DNA from: Patescibacteria group bacterium
Lineage (GTDB): Bacteria; Patescibacteriota; Patescibacteriia; JAHJFT01
Assembly: GCA_028710985.1 (NCBI GenBank)
Contig: JAQTTB010000001.1
Coordinates: 167,397 to 231,396, forward strand
Length of the DNA stretch: 64,000 nucleotides
Direction: 5' to 3'
In this document: positions 1 to 10,093 of the stretch, piece after piece
Layout: the number at the start of each line of letters is the position of its first letter
Position numbering within the stretch: position 1 is the stretch's first letter
Program-made: the position numbers and the translations under genes
Notes under the pieces: generated by a model
What the model saw: the letters and a program-made list of their open reading frames with translations, nothing else
What the model was told of the DNA's origin: nothing
Databases searched by the model: none

Positions 1-337
1 CTTTTTTGGCGCGCGCCGCTCCGATAATCCAGCGGAACGCGAGCATATTGCGGCGGTCTCCGTGCACCGGCGTCGGCACCTGATAGTTTGCGCCGCCGAT
101 TCTCCGGGATTTTATCTCAAGAATCGGAGTAACATTCTTTAACGCTTTTTCAAAAATTTCCAGGGCATCCTGTTTGGTTTTTTGCGAAATATATTCAAAG
201 GCATCATAGATAACGCGTTCGGCCGTATTCCTCTTACCGCCCTTCATAATATGATTGATGAGCTTTGAAACAATGATCGATCCGTACTTCGGGTCGGCAT
301 TTATTTTACGCTTTGTTGCTTGGGATTTTCCACGCAT
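1..337 (-). CDS. rpsG: 30S ribosomal protein S7 (partial; runs off window start)
   Basis: Manual translation from ATG at 337: MRGKSQATKRKINADPKYGSIIVSKLINHIMKGGKRNTAERVIYDAF...EIKSRRIGGANYQVP; directly downstream of rpsL. Confidence 0.95.
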   Translation of the reverse strand, partial: MRGKSQATKRKINADPKYGSIIVSKLINHIMKGGKRNTAERVIYDAFEYISQKTKQDALEIFEKALKNVTPILEIKSRRIGGANYQVPTPVHGDRRNMLAFRWIIGAARAKK

Positions 338-398
338 AGGGTTTATTAGTGGCCCCGATGACTATCGGGGCAATTATGTTTGATAAGGTCGGCGGAGC

Positions 399-418
399 CC
401 TGCCTACCGGCAGGCAGG
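399..418. repeat. CCTGCCT...AGGCAGG palindromic REP-like element inserted into a small hairpin
   Basis: cctgcctaccggcaggcagg; related copies at 15165-15185 and 45015-45034; removing it restores the hairpin gtcggc-gga-gccgac. Confidence 0.75.
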
Positions 419-476
419 CGACACTTTGTCTAAAAAACCCGCCCTGGTGCCCTGCGGCATTGCCGCAGGGACGGGT

Positions 477-893
477 TTATTTTTGATGCTTAGCTCCGTA
501 AAGCGAACGACTGCGACGGCGTCCCTCAACACCGGTTGTATCATAAACGCCGCGCACGATGTGATAGCGCACGCCCGGCAAATCTTTAACACGCCCGCCA
601 CGTATCATCACGATTGAATGCTCCTGCAGATTGTGCCCTACTCCCGGAATATAAGCCGTGACCTCCATGCCGTTTGAGAGACGGACACGGGCAATCTTGC
701 GGAGAGCCGAGTTCGGTTTTTTCGGAGTCGTGGTTGTAACCTTTACGCAAACGCCACGCTTAAAAGGACTTCCGGTTGGAAGCTCGGTCTTGTGGCGGTG
801 AAGCGTGTCCATGGTAAACTGCATGGCCGGAGATTTGGACTTCTTTTTTGACTGATGCCGCCCCTTACGGATTAGCTGATTGATTGTTGGCAT
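477..893 (-). CDS. rpsL: 30S ribosomal protein S12
   Basis: [12 protein letters not shown]...[21 protein letters not shown]...[15 protein letters not shown]. Confidence 0.98.
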   Translation of the reverse strand: MPTINQLIRKGRHQSKKKSKSPAMQFTMDTLHRHKTELPTGSPFKRGVCVKVTTTTPKKPNSALRKIARVRLSNGMEVTAYIPGVGHNLQEHSIVMIRGGRVKDLPGVRYHIVRGVYDTTGVEGRRRSRSLYGAKHQK

Positions 894-1157
894 AATAAAA
901 TAAGATTGATGTGATTTTAGCCTAAAAACAAAAAAGAGTCAAGAGAGTAATATTTGTAACAGAGCAAGACTAAAATAACATAAAAAAACGAACCGGTCAA
1001 GACCGGCACGCAGCGCAGGCGAAAGATCGACATTTTTGGGCTAAGTTAAGCCATTTTTACATGAAGCCGCATTTCCGCTTTTTCTTCATCTTCTCCCTCC
1101 TCAATCAAAAAAGAGCTAATTTTATTTAGCCCTTAATCCCTAAAAAAATCAACCGTC

Positions 1158-1829
1158 TTAAAATAATCCGAACGTTGCCACAAGCGGGTCAACTAGTCCA
1201 ATTATCTTGAACAAATAAAGCGCGCCGCCGAAAATCGGCGAAAGCACAAGTCCGTTTGTCACCCAATTTATCACAAGCAGCATCAATAAAAGATACTGGC
1301 CCTGAAGTTCGAGCCGCGCGCGGAGCCCGGCGTATTTTGGCGAAGAAAGGACCGCGTAGAGGATCTTTGAACCGTCAAGCGGCGGCACGGGAATAATGTT
1401 AAAGAAAAGCAAAATCGCATTAATAAAAATTGTAAAAATCAGGAGAACCACGAGCAAATTTTGATATCCGAGTCCGAAACCGATTAACGCGTGGGCCGCA
1501 AATCCCAAAATAAAAAAACTCGCGAGATTGGACGCCGGCCCGGCAAGCGCCACGAGAACCGGCCCCCATTTCGGGTACTTAAGATTATACGGATTGAACG
1601 GCACCGGCTTTGCCCAGCCGATTCCCACGACCATGAGCATTAAAAAACCGATTGGATCAATGTGCGCCATGGGATTTAAGGTGAGACGCCCGGCTCCGGC
1701 CGCGGTCTTGTCGCCCAGAACGTAAGCGGCAAGCGCGTGGCAGAATTCGTGGACCGTAAGCGCAAAAACAACCGCCAGAACCCAGACGATAAATAATAAC
1801 GGATTTTTCAGAAGCAAATCCAGGACCAT
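1158..1829 (-). CDS. Site-2 protease family (M50) membrane metalloprotease
   Basis: HEFCH zinc motif, AGPASN, FNIIPVPPLDG motif, hydrophobic segments. Confidence 0.92.
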   Translation of the reverse strand: MVLDLLLKNPLLFIVWVLAVVFALTVHEFCHALAAYVLGDKTAAGAGRLTLNPMAHIDPIGFLMLMVVGIGWAKPVPFNPYNLKYPKWGPVLVALAGPASNLASFFILGFAAHALIGFGLGYQNLLVVLLIFTIFINAILLFFNIIPVPPLDGSKILYAVLSSPKYAGLRARLELQGQYLLLMLLVINWVTNGLVLSPIFGGALYLFKIIGLVDPLVATFGLF

Positions 1830-1888
1830 TGCAAAAAATTTAATACTATGCTAAACTACGACCATATTATAACACTAACGCAACCATT

Positions 1889-2062
1889 ATGGCTAAAGTT
1901 TGCGACATTTGCCAGAGAGGAAAAAGTTTTACCCACTCGCGCAGTAAATCAAATATTGCCACCCTCCGGACCCATGAAATTAATCTCCAGTCAAAAAAAA
2001 TCGCCGGCAAGAAAGTAAAAATCTGCACGCAGTGCATCAGGACCATGTCCAAGACAAAATAA
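1889..2062 (+). CDS. rpmB: 50S ribosomal protein L28 (zinc-ribbon form), below ORF-track cutoff
   Basis: Manual translation MAKVCDICQRGKSFTHSRSKSNIATLRTHEINLQSKKIAGKKVKICTQCIRTMSKTK. Confidence 0.92.
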   Translation: MAKVCDICQRGKSFTHSRSKSNIATLRTHEINLQSKKIAGKKVKICTQCIRTMSKTK

Positions 2063-2093
2063 AAAACGTCCCGATCGCGATCGGGACGTTTTT
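2063..2093. terminator. Bidirectional intrinsic terminator
   Basis: aaaacgtcccgatcgcgatcgggacgtttt between convergent genes. Confidence 0.8.
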
Positions 2094-3006
2094 ATATTTT
2101 TGTAATTTTGAATTCAGGCGATGCAATTCCTTTCACCTTCGGAGAATATTTCATTAAAAGTTCTTTTGCTTTTTCAATCGCCGAATCATCGATCGCTTTA
2201 CCGCGAATAATTACAGTCGGTCCGACAATATCGGCAAGTTCCAAAACAATATCCCGCGGCTTGGCAATTTTAATAAGCATTTTACAATCTTGCGCGTCGC
2301 GCGCCACGACAATCATGTTTTCGCCGTGCCAAAAAACCCGTCCGTGGCGGAGTATGTCCGCGTCATCGGCCGTATAATCGGGCCAGTGTTCGCTAAGTTC
2401 CTTGAGGCGGCGCGAATAATCCGGGTCGGTCAAGAGACACCCGCCGGCCGGAGTCTGGAATTTTTTTATTCCGAATTTATCCGCGAGTTCAAACTGCGTG
2501 CCGCGGCTCCGGCCGCGGATATCAAATAATTTTTCGCGGCGAATTTGTCCTTTTTCTTCGGCTTCGGTCTCGGGCAAAGCTTTGGCGGAAAGGGGCCGCA
2601 CGATTTTTCCGGCGAGGCCGGCCTCGCGCTCAATCTTCATCATCGACCCGAGATTCTGCGACATGGGCCGCTGTCCCAGCACCTCGCCGGTCGCGAGGAA
2701 ATCAAAACCCTCGCGCTCCATGATTTCTTTTGCCTTGCGGATCATAAATAAATGGCAGTCAATGCACGGATTCATTCCGCTCCCCCGGCCGAACTTCGGC
2801 GCTTTGACAATCGCGAGATGCTCGTCACCCACGTTTTCAACCCGTAATTTTATCTCATTCGCTTCGGCAATCTCACGCGCCGCTTCTTCATCAAAAAAAT
2901 GCGTGCGAAAAAACAAGGCCGTCACATCCACGCCTTGTGATTCTAAAATCTTATACGCGAGCGACGAGTCCAGCCCGCCGGAAAATAATAAGAGAGCTTT
3001 AGACAT
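2092..3006 (-). CDS. PP-loop tRNA sulfurtransferase, ThiI/MnmA-like
   Basis: SGGLDS PP-loop, MNPCIDC, GEVLGQRPMSQ, PAGGCLLT motifs. Confidence 0.8.
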   Translation of the reverse strand: MSKALLLFSGGLDSSLAYKILESQGVDVTALFFRTHFFDEEAAREIAEANEIKLRVENVGDEHLAIVKAPKFGRGSGMNPCIDCHLFMIRKAKEIMEREGFDFLATGEVLGQRPMSQNLGSMMKIEREAGLAGKIVRPLSAKALPETEAEEKGQIRREKLFDIRGRSRGTQFELADKFGIKKFQTPAGGCLLTDPDYSRRLKELSEHWPDYTADDADILRHGRVFWHGENMIVVARDAQDCKMLIKIAKPRDIVLELADIVGPTVIIRGKAIDDSAIEKAKELLMKYSPKVKGIASPEFKITKI

Positions 3007-3075
3007 AAATCAATAATAACACGATGCCGCATAAAAACAAAAACCCCCCGCGAACGGGGGGCTTTATTTTTTTAA

Positions 3076-4995
3076 TTATATCGCTATCGTTGCGCCGGTC
3101 GGATAGGTTATGGTTGGAGAAACATTCAAAACCTGTCCCCAGCTATATCCATGGCCGAAGAATGCGGCCTCGGTCGCAAACACCCTTCTCGCGCCGTTCT
3201 CGATCAAGTACACCGCCGGACTGCCGTTATATTTAATCAGCAAACCATCCGGATGAACCAGTTCGGAAATCATTGTGCCGGAAGATAATTTATTAATTTC
3301 CGCGTCGGTAAAATTACGGATTTTATTCCACTGAAAACCGAGATGCTCAAACACATATTCATTCTTGATCGGATATTTGATGCCCTTGGCGACCACATAA
3401 ACCGCCGCCTGGCTGCCCTTTACCAAGGTGCCGCTCGGCAGATTATTGACTGTCGGATAATTAATCACGCTCGAGGTCGGATACTGCGCCAGGCTTGAAT
3501 ATTCTTTCACATCTTCCCAGCGCCAGCCCCAGGCTTCAAAAACCTGGCCGTTCAAAATCGGATATTTGTAACCGTTGCGCAAAAGATAAACCGTGGGCTT
3601 GCCGATTTCTTTCGCCAGTTCGCCGGTAAGAAAATTATTATCCATGACCGTAACCGTAGTACCGGATGATTGTGTTGACCCAGCCACATAAGAATTATCA
3701 AGTGACAGCTTAACCGCGGCATAGGAAATTTCATAATCCGAAGAGCGTGGAGCGCCGATATAGAATAAACCGGAAACGAAAATATTTTCCTCATCTTCAC
3801 TGATGGCACATTCTCTAGATATAAAATTACCTGGCAAACCTATTGAGACATTATCACCATCATCCGGATCGACTTCCACCAAAGTATTAATGGTGAAAGG
3901 TTCGTTGATTACGAGTTCGCCGTTATCATTTACATGAGCGTCACCGGAAGTGGAATACATCGTCTCCAAGATAATAAATATTCTTCCATCCGTAGGACTG
4001 ACAAAAATATCTTCGTAGGAATTATAATTCAGACTTACCGCGGCATCCACCCTTTTTAAAAGTATATTACGATAAGAGCCTGAATCAATGTCAATCACCC
4101 TCAAATAATAACTGTAAATTGTCGAACCTGTGACCATGTCTGATAAACCGCTAATATATAATGTTTGCCCGTCCGGACTCATCGCCATGTGGTAAACGCC
4201 ACCATAGTGGTGATTATCATCCGGTCTTATTTCGTGGATATTTCTGACCGCGCCGCTGCCAATATCAACCTCAATTATTTCCGCCAGATGCATGGTGTAA
4301 CGACTCGGAAAAATCCTGTCAAAATATATATATAACTTTCTGCCATTAGGGCTGATAAAAAGATCCTGGATTGAGTACGACTTATTAGCACCATCTTCTA
4401 TACCCCAATTAACATGGACTTCGCTTACCGTACCCGAAGACGCATTCACTTTATAAATTTTTGGCAGATCTGGATTGGCCATAGTATCCGTGTAATATAG
4501 CGACGCGCCATCAGGACTTAAAATTAACTTGCCCCAATCAGTAATATGTCCGTTGGGATATTTATGTATATCAATATGCAGGGCAGGATTCCAAGGCTTT
4601 AATTCACCGGTTAATGCATCAACCGCAGCCAAGCCATTCCTTGCCTCATTATTCACGCTGGTAAAACGACCGGCAAAATATAATGTGCTGCCATCCTTGC
4701 TAAGAACCGTAGAAAAAATCCGAGTGTCGCACGATTCACCCGCCGCGCATCCTTCTAAATCTATATTTAAATTTTTTGCATTCACGCCCCCATCAATCAC
4801 CGAAATATCCGAGTTGCTCACGTATAATTTTCCATTGGCTAAATAGATGTCATTAATTCCCTCGGCAAAATCCCAGCGTTGGGTGTTTGCATCCGCCTCC
4901 GGCGTCTGAACAACAAAAAACCCCAGCCCGAGGCTCAAAATTAGTAAATATATCGTGATTTTCTTAAACATAAATTGAGTATTATTCATTGGCAA
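3076..4995 (-). CDS. Secreted beta-propeller protein with three C-terminal surface-anchoring-type repeats
   Basis: Signal peptide; repeated (L/I/M)SPDG blades; three C-terminal repeats G.L.K...VY....G.K.PI....F...G..W. Confidence 0.65.
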   Translation of the reverse strand: MPMNNTQFMFKKITIYLLILSLGLGFFVVQTPEADANTQRWDFAEGINDIYLANGKLYVSNSDISVIDGGVNAKNLNIDLEGCAAGESCDTRIFSTVLSKDGSTLYFAGRFTSVNNEARNGLAAVDALTGELKPWNPALHIDIHKYPNGHITDWGKLILSPDGASLYYTDTMANPDLPKIYKVNASSGTVSEVHVNWGIEDGANKSYSIQDLFISPNGRKLYIYFDRIFPSRYTMHLAEIIEVDIGSGAVRNIHEIRPDDNHHYGGVYHMAMSPDGQTLYISGLSDMVTGSTIYSYYLRVIDIDSGSYRNILLKRVDAAVSLNYNSYEDIFVSPTDGRIFIILETMYSTSGDAHVNDNGELVINEPFTINTLVEVDPDDGDNVSIGLPGNFISRECAISEDEENIFVSGLFYIGAPRSSDYEISYAAVKLSLDNSYVAGSTQSSGTTVTVMDNNFLTGELAKEIGKPTVYLLRNGYKYPILNGQVFEAWGWRWEDVKEYSSLAQYPTSSVINYPTVNNLPSGTLVKGSQAAVYVVAKGIKYPIKNEYVFEHLGFQWNKIRNFTDAEINKLSSGTMISELVHPDGLLIKYNGSPAVYLIENGARRVFATEAAFFGHGYSWGQVLNVSPTITYPTGATIAI

Positions 4996-5016
4996 TTATA
5001 ACGTATTTAACGCTGA

Positions 5017-5079
5017 AGTATAACAAAAATCCGCTTTATTGTCAAGCCCCTTGACTCCCCGCTCAAAACAGGGTATTAT
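5017..5079. promoter_or_regulatory. Back-to-back sigma70 promoters
   Basis: Plus: TTGACT(5051)-17-TATTAT; minus: TTGACA(5045)-17-TATACT. Confidence 0.7.
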
Positions 5080-5124
5080 CACCTTTCAGTAAAACGCACC
5101 TTAATTTTTGGAGGAGGAAGGGAC

Positions 5125-5730
5125 ATGGAAGAGGAAAAAATCACCATTATCGTCTGCCGCCACCCGGGACATAACGAAAGGGGCATCACGCTCGAAGGCA
5201 TCGTGAACGCCATCAAGCTCGCCCGCTACCTGGTTGATGACCGGGGATTTATGCCCGAGCGCATTGTCCACTCGGGAACGGTCCACACGCGCATGGCCGC
5301 GAGCTTCATGGGCATCTCGGTGAACATGTGCGAACTCCGGCCCGAAGAGAACCAGGGTTTCCTGACCGCACCAAAACTCGTTCTGCCCGGAGAGAATGAG
5401 CTCGAAAAGGCAAGAATCGAAAGCGAGATCGCGGCGGCCGGCGGCATGGTCAAGGCGGCGCGCGAACTCTCGGCCCGGGTCCGCCGCCAGCGCGATCACC
5501 TACAGCTCACCCTGCACGGACTCGCCATGGACATGCGCGAGCACCGCCAGAACGTCGCCTGGGTCGTCTCCCACGGCGCCTTCGCCGAACTCGCCACCAC
5601 GCGCGCCGACAAGACACCCTACCCCATCGCAAACTGCGATTCCTTGATCTACTCCATGGGTCCGGATAGGGGCGGATACGCGGTCATGGACACCGACTAC
5701 ATCCGCTTCGCGGATCTCAACCTCAAGTGA
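5125..5730 (+). CDS. Histidine phosphatase superfamily (PGM-like) protein
   Basis: N-terminal IVCRHP, S...RT motif, VVSHG; GGAGG SD. Confidence 0.65.
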   Translation: MEEEKITIIVCRHPGHNERGITLEGIVNAIKLARYLVDDRGFMPERIVHSGTVHTRMAASFMGISVNMCELRPEENQGFLTAPKLVLPGENELEKARIESEIAAAGGMVKAARELSARVRRQRDHLQLTLHGLAMDMREHRQNVAWVVSHGAFAELATTRADKTPYPIANCDSLIYSMGPDRGGYAVMDTDYIRFADLNLK

Positions 5731-5800
5731 GCGGCCCCGGCCCCTTGGCCGCGGCGCACGAAAAAACCGACGACTCTCTGTCATCGGTTATTTTTTTTAA

Positions 5801-6319
5801 TTATTCGCCCAATTCAATTAATTTAATCGGATTATTAATAATATAATTGCGGATTCTCTCCAAATCGTCATCGCATCGGACGATATGATCATAATACGAT
5901 CTTTGCCATCGAAAATCCGTTAAACCCATTTGATGAATTAATTTTGATGATGTGGTTTTAAACGCGCCAATCAATTCGGGAATCGGTTTAATTTTTCCCG
6001 GTAGGGACAGGTCGCGACCTGTCCCTACGTCGTGGTCGCGACCTGTCCCTACGATGGGATTATTGATGATTATTATTCCATGAAAATGGTTGGGCATTAC
6101 AACGGATTGATCCAATTTGATATATAAATATTGTTCCGCTAACCACAACCATTGTTTTTTGACAATCTCGCCAAATTTATTTAATTGCATCACGCCGTCA
6201 TGAATGCAACCGAAAACATGCGAACGATCATTAACACATGTGGTAATAAAATAAAAACCGTTTTGCGAATAATCGTACTCGCTCAAACGGTTTAATTTTC
6301 TATCCTTCTCTTGCGGCAT
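5801..6319 (-). mobile_element. REP-associated tyrosine transposase (Y1/IS200-like, RAYT)
   Basis: RLSEYDYSQNGFYFITTC, VVMPNHFHGII (HUH), WQRSYYDHIVR...YIINNP; start placed at ATG 6319. Confidence 0.9.
6001..6052. repeat. GTAG-type REP palindrome (one full, one partial copy) inside the RAYT reading frame
   Basis: gtagggacaggtcgcgacctgtccctac is a perfect 28-bp palindrome; partial copy 6034-6052; encodes VGTGRD twice; degenerate copy at 38011-38038. Confidence 0.85.
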
Positions 6320-6329
6320 TATAAAAAAA

Positions 6330-7265
6330 TTAAAGAGTTGTAATCGGCCGTGATTGGACGATATAAAATTTTCCGCCCTCAAGCGCCCATTCAATATCCT
6401 GCGGCGCGCCGTAATGCTCTTCGATTTTTTTACAAATTTTCGCAAGCGCGACGATGTCTTTATTGGAAATTTTTTGCACGGTCTGGCGCTCGCGGGGAAC
6501 CGCGGTCTCCCTGGTGCCGACCGTGCTCTGTGAAATCATTTTTTCCTGGCGGCTCACATTCACGTCCAGAATCGCGAGCGTTGGCTTATCGACAATATAC
6601 GTATCCGGCGTGATGATGCCGCCGACAATCGCCTCACCCAGTCCCCAGCCCGCCTCAATCACCATTTGGTTTAAATCCTTGGTTACCGGATGCGCGGTAA
6701 AACAAATGCCCGAAACCTCGGACTGAATCATCTTTTGTACGACAACCGCTACCAAAACTTTTCTTTCATGCAGATTTTTTTCAAAACGGTAAAAAATCGC
6801 GCGCGGCGTATAAAGCGATGACCAACATTTTTGAATCGCGGCCGCGATCCGCCCCTCGGTGATATCAAGATATGATTCCAACTCTCCGGCCCAGGAAGCA
6901 ATTGCCGAATCCTCGGCCGTGGCGGATGAACGCACGGCCACAAATTCCGCGCCCAAATCTTTAAATGACTTTTTAATCTCTCTCGCCATCTCTTCCGGAA
7001 ACTCGGCATCGCGGATTAAGTCGCGGATTTTTATTGACGCCTCTTCCACGGATTTAATATCCTGTGAATTTACTTTTTTGAGAATCGCCGCGATTTCCAC
7101 GTTCAAATCCGAAATTTTCAAAAATTCGTCAAATGCCGAAGCGAGCACCACGAATCCGGGCGGCACCGGCATCTTGGCCCGGGTCATCTCACTGAGCGAC
7201 GCCCCCTTGCCGCCGGCAATAGCCACGTCTTTGGCAGAAAGCTGTTTAAAATTTTTGATAAACAT
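6330..7265 (-). CDS. Stand-alone PEP/pyruvate-binding (PPDK_N, ATP-grasp) domain protein
   Basis: GGKGASL, PVPPGF, VAVRSSATAED, GLGEAIVGG..TPD, PQDIEW, IVQSRPITT. Confidence 0.9.
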   Translation of the reverse strand: MFIKNFKQLSAKDVAIAGGKGASLSEMTRAKMPVPPGFVVLASAFDEFLKISDLNVEIAAILKKVNSQDIKSVEEASIKIRDLIRDAEFPEEMAREIKKSFKDLGAEFVAVRSSATAEDSAIASWAGELESYLDITEGRIAAAIQKCWSSLYTPRAIFYRFEKNLHERKVLVAVVVQKMIQSEVSGICFTAHPVTKDLNQMVIEAGWGLGEAIVGGIITPDTYIVDKPTLAILDVNVSRQEKMISQSTVGTRETAVPRERQTVQKISNKDIVALAKICKKIEEHYGAPQDIEWALEGGKFYIVQSRPITTL

Positions 7266-7266
7266 A

Positions 7267-8403
7267 TTATTTTGCCTTTCTGATTACGGTAACGCTTCCC
7301 CGCGTCGCGTCCACTTCCACCTCATCCCCGTCTTTCAGAACCTGCGTCGCAATTTTGGTGCCGGTGATGCACGGAATTTTAAATTCCCGGGAAACGATGG
7401 CCGCGTGGCAGGTGATGCCGCCCTCGTCGGTGATGATTGCTTTGACGCCCCGGAGATACGGAATAAAATGCGGCGTTGTTTGAACCGCGACCAGCACCCG
7501 GCCGTTGATTTTATTAGTTTTGCGCGCCAGTTCGCGGGCATTGCGCGCCAGCACGACTTGTCCGCGCACCCGGCCGCGAAAAGCCGGTGCGCCAAAAACC
7601 TGATTATCTTTCATCTGATATTTTTTATTTTCCGCAACCATGAGAATGTCCAAAAATTTCACGATCCCGGGAACGACTTTCTTATTGCTGATTACTTCCG
7701 CCTCCCGGCCATTCAGGCAAACAAAAATTCGTTTTCCGGCCTTTCCCTGCGCCACGATTCGGCGCGCCTCGCGGGCCGTAATTTCTCCGCGCTTAATTTT
7801 TATCACTTCTTCAACCGTAAAATATTTCATTATATCCTTGGCGGAAATTTTAATATTCAATCTCCGAATCAGCCGCCGGATGCTTTTAAAAAGCATCTCC
7901 CCCAATTTTTCCTCGGGCAAAGCCTGCGCGTTGCGCCAGCGATCGTGCTCGGCGAGCGCGCGCCGAGCAAGGGCGCCGGAAAATTTTTCCGTATTTTCCC
8001 TCATCACCTTGCCCAAAGAAAAAATTATCAAAAAAAGCGCGCTGTGCCGGCCGTAAACTTTTCGGAATTCTTCAAAATCACCGGCCCGTGCCGCGGCTCT
8101 CATTTTCGGCCAAAGCGCGTCATCTTGCTTTATATATTTATTAATAATTCCATTGTCCCGCAAAGCACACTTGAGCGAACGCGCATGAAACCGTTTGGCA
8201 TCGGCCAGATTAAAAATTCGCACCGGCAAAACCCGGCCGGACGCCACCCAAATTTCACCGATCGTGCCCGGCCAGCCGTACTGTTTCATCAGCGCATTCC
8301 GGTTTAAAAAAGCTGACGTAATAAAAAACATGGACTCATCGACCCGCACGCCGAAGAACCATTTTTGCCTCTTGATATCGCGGGAAATATTAATACTCAT
8401 CAC
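7267..8403 (-). CDS. PEP-utilising enzyme mobile (phospho-His) domain protein with divergent N-terminal domain
   Basis: AIITDEGGITCHAAIVSREFKIPC...VEVDATRG. Confidence 0.85.
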   Translation of the reverse strand: MMSINISRDIKRQKWFFGVRVDESMFFITSAFLNRNALMKQYGWPGTIGEIWVASGRVLPVRIFNLADAKRFHARSLKCALRDNGIINKYIKQDDALWPKMRAAARAGDFEEFRKVYGRHSALFLIIFSLGKVMRENTEKFSGALARRALAEHDRWRNAQALPEEKLGEMLFKSIRRLIRRLNIKISAKDIMKYFTVEEVIKIKRGEITAREARRIVAQGKAGKRIFVCLNGREAEVISNKKVVPGIVKFLDILMVAENKKYQMKDNQVFGAPAFRGRVRGQVVLARNARELARKTNKINGRVLVAVQTTPHFIPYLRGVKAIITDEGGITCHAAIVSREFKIPCITGTKIATQVLKDGDEVEVDATRGSVTVIRKAK

Positions 8404-10093
8404 TTACAATATAGTTTATCCCGTTCAATTTTTCAATTCCCAGATTGGCGAAATTTCCGGCCGCGCTCCGCCAGAGATTGGAAAAACCCCAGCCGTTCCA
8501 GCGCCAGACGGCAATGAACCGGTTTTCGCCGCCATAATCCCCCTCGATCGCCACAAGTTCGGGTTTGCCGTCTTCATCAATATCGTTTATGGCAAACTCG
8601 CGGTTCGGCGCGTCCAGATTTGACGACTGCCAAACCGGGGTCATTTTTTTATCCGCGTAATCAAACACGAAAAAATGATTTTTTACTTCCGCGCCGCCCT
8701 CTTCCCAGAAAGGATGCGAATCGCCGAAACTTCCGGATTTCCAGACCGACATGCTGATATCCGGCGCACCGTCGCCGGTTGAATCCGCAAGCGTAAAATC
8801 ATCAACCCACCAGTCCTCGGACGACTGCCAGACAATTCCCTCGCTCTCTTTTATAGTGAGCGTGCCGTTTTCCAAAATATATTGCTCTAAATTTTTGTCA
8901 TTATCCAGATCCTGCACCATAATTTTTAACAAATTATATTCCTGCGCTTCGCGGTCCGGATATATGGCCGGCCGCCCGGAAACCGCATCGACATTTCCGC
9001 GCACAATCATCCGGTTCGCGGTCTGAATCTTGAGCCTCGCCGCGATTGCCGCGCCGGTTTTCTCATCCGCAGGCTGGGGCTGGGCATAATCAAAAATTTT
9101 AACCGGCATTAATTCAATTTTCGATACGCCGGATTTTGTGAAAAATGCTTTTACCGCAATCCCGCGCCGCGTCTCCTCGGACCACATCTGGTCAAACACA
9201 AAATTTCCCAGTGAATAAAAAATATATTTGCCTTTATAAATTTCCGCCGACTGCACCACATGAGGATGATGGCCGATAACCATGTCCGCGCCGGCGTCAA
9301 CCGCCGCGCGCGCGAAATCCGTCTGTGTCCTGCCCGGCTCGGCCTGATACTCTTCGCCCGCGTGCATTGAGACGATCACGAAATCCGCCTCTCCCCGCGC
9401 GCGCCGCACCGCGCCCTGCATCTTCTTCGCGTCCATGACCGCGACATCCGCGTTTTTATTAACAAAATTATTTTGCGCGTAGGAGAGAAAAGCGAAACGC
9501 ATGCCCTTGATCTCGCGGTAAACCGGCGCGTACGGATCATCGGCCGCGCCGGAATATTGAATGCCTTCGGCATCAAGAAATTTATAAGTGCTCGCGAGGC
9601 CCTCGGCGCCGAAATTCAAAATATGATTATTTGCAAGCGACATTACCCGGAAATTGGCGTCCGCGAGCGCCCGCTCGGCTCCGGGATCGGCGTGAAAAAC
9701 CATTTCGTAAGTCTTAATTTCACGTCCCGCAACAATCGGCGATTCCAGATTGCCAAAAACCATGTCCGCCCCGCGGAGATAATCCCCCATCGCGCTAAAC
9801 GGATAATTTATATCCTTCTTTGCGCGCATCTTTGTCGCCACATCCCGCGATAGCATCACATCCCCCACGAAAATCAAAGAAGCCTCCTCCGGCTCGGAGG
9901 GAAGCTCCAATTTTCGCGCCTTAAAATTTGTAAATTCCGATACCGGCTGCGCGTCCTGCGCCGCCCCGACAGCGGTCGGGGACGGTATGATATAATTTTT
10001 GCGGCTCAAAATAAAAAGGCTCTCGTACCACAAAATTGATGCCGTGGCAATGGCAATGCTCGCACAAAAAATTATTAAAACGGATTTCTTCAT
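8390..10093 (-). CDS. CapA/PgsA-family metallophosphoesterase with C-terminal FG-GAP-like region
   Basis: VGDVML, NLESP, SLANNH, MHAGEEY, IGHHPHV, YSLGNFVFDQ; start at ATG 10093 overlapping upstream stop. Confidence 0.88.
   Translation of the reverse strand: MKKSVLIIFCASIAIATASILWYESLFILSRKNYIIPSPTAVGAAQDAQPVSEFTNFKARKLELPSEPEEASLIFVGDVMLSRDVATKMRAKKDINYPFSAMGDYLRGADMVFGNLESPIVAGREIKTYEMVFHADPGAERALADANFRVMSLANNHILNFGAEGLASTYKFLDAEGIQYSGAADDPYAPVYREIKGMRFAFLSYAQNNFVNKNADVAVMDAKKMQGAVRRARGEADFVIVSMHAGEEYQAEPGRTQTDFARAAVDAGADMVIGHHPHVVQSAEIYKGKYIFYSLGNFVFDQMWSEETRRGIAVKAFFTKSGVSKIELMPVKIFDYAQPQPADEKTGAAIAARLKIQTANRMIVRGNVDAVSGRPAIYPDREAQEYNLLKIMVQDLDNDKNLEQYILENGTLTIKESEGIVWQSSEDWWVDDFTLADSTGDGAPDISMSVWKSGSFGDSHPFWEEGGAEVKNHFFVFDYADKKMTPVWQSSNLDAPNREFAINDIDEDGKPELVAIEGDYGGENRFIAVWRWNGWGFSNLWRSAAGNFANLGIEKLNGINYIVSDEY

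Noticed and set aside
6859..8307. 482-aa plus-strand ORF, and similar long antisense ORFs (29408-30652, 25638-26387, 38928-39632)
   Set aside because: Shadow frames antisense to well-supported genes, with no recognisable motifs.
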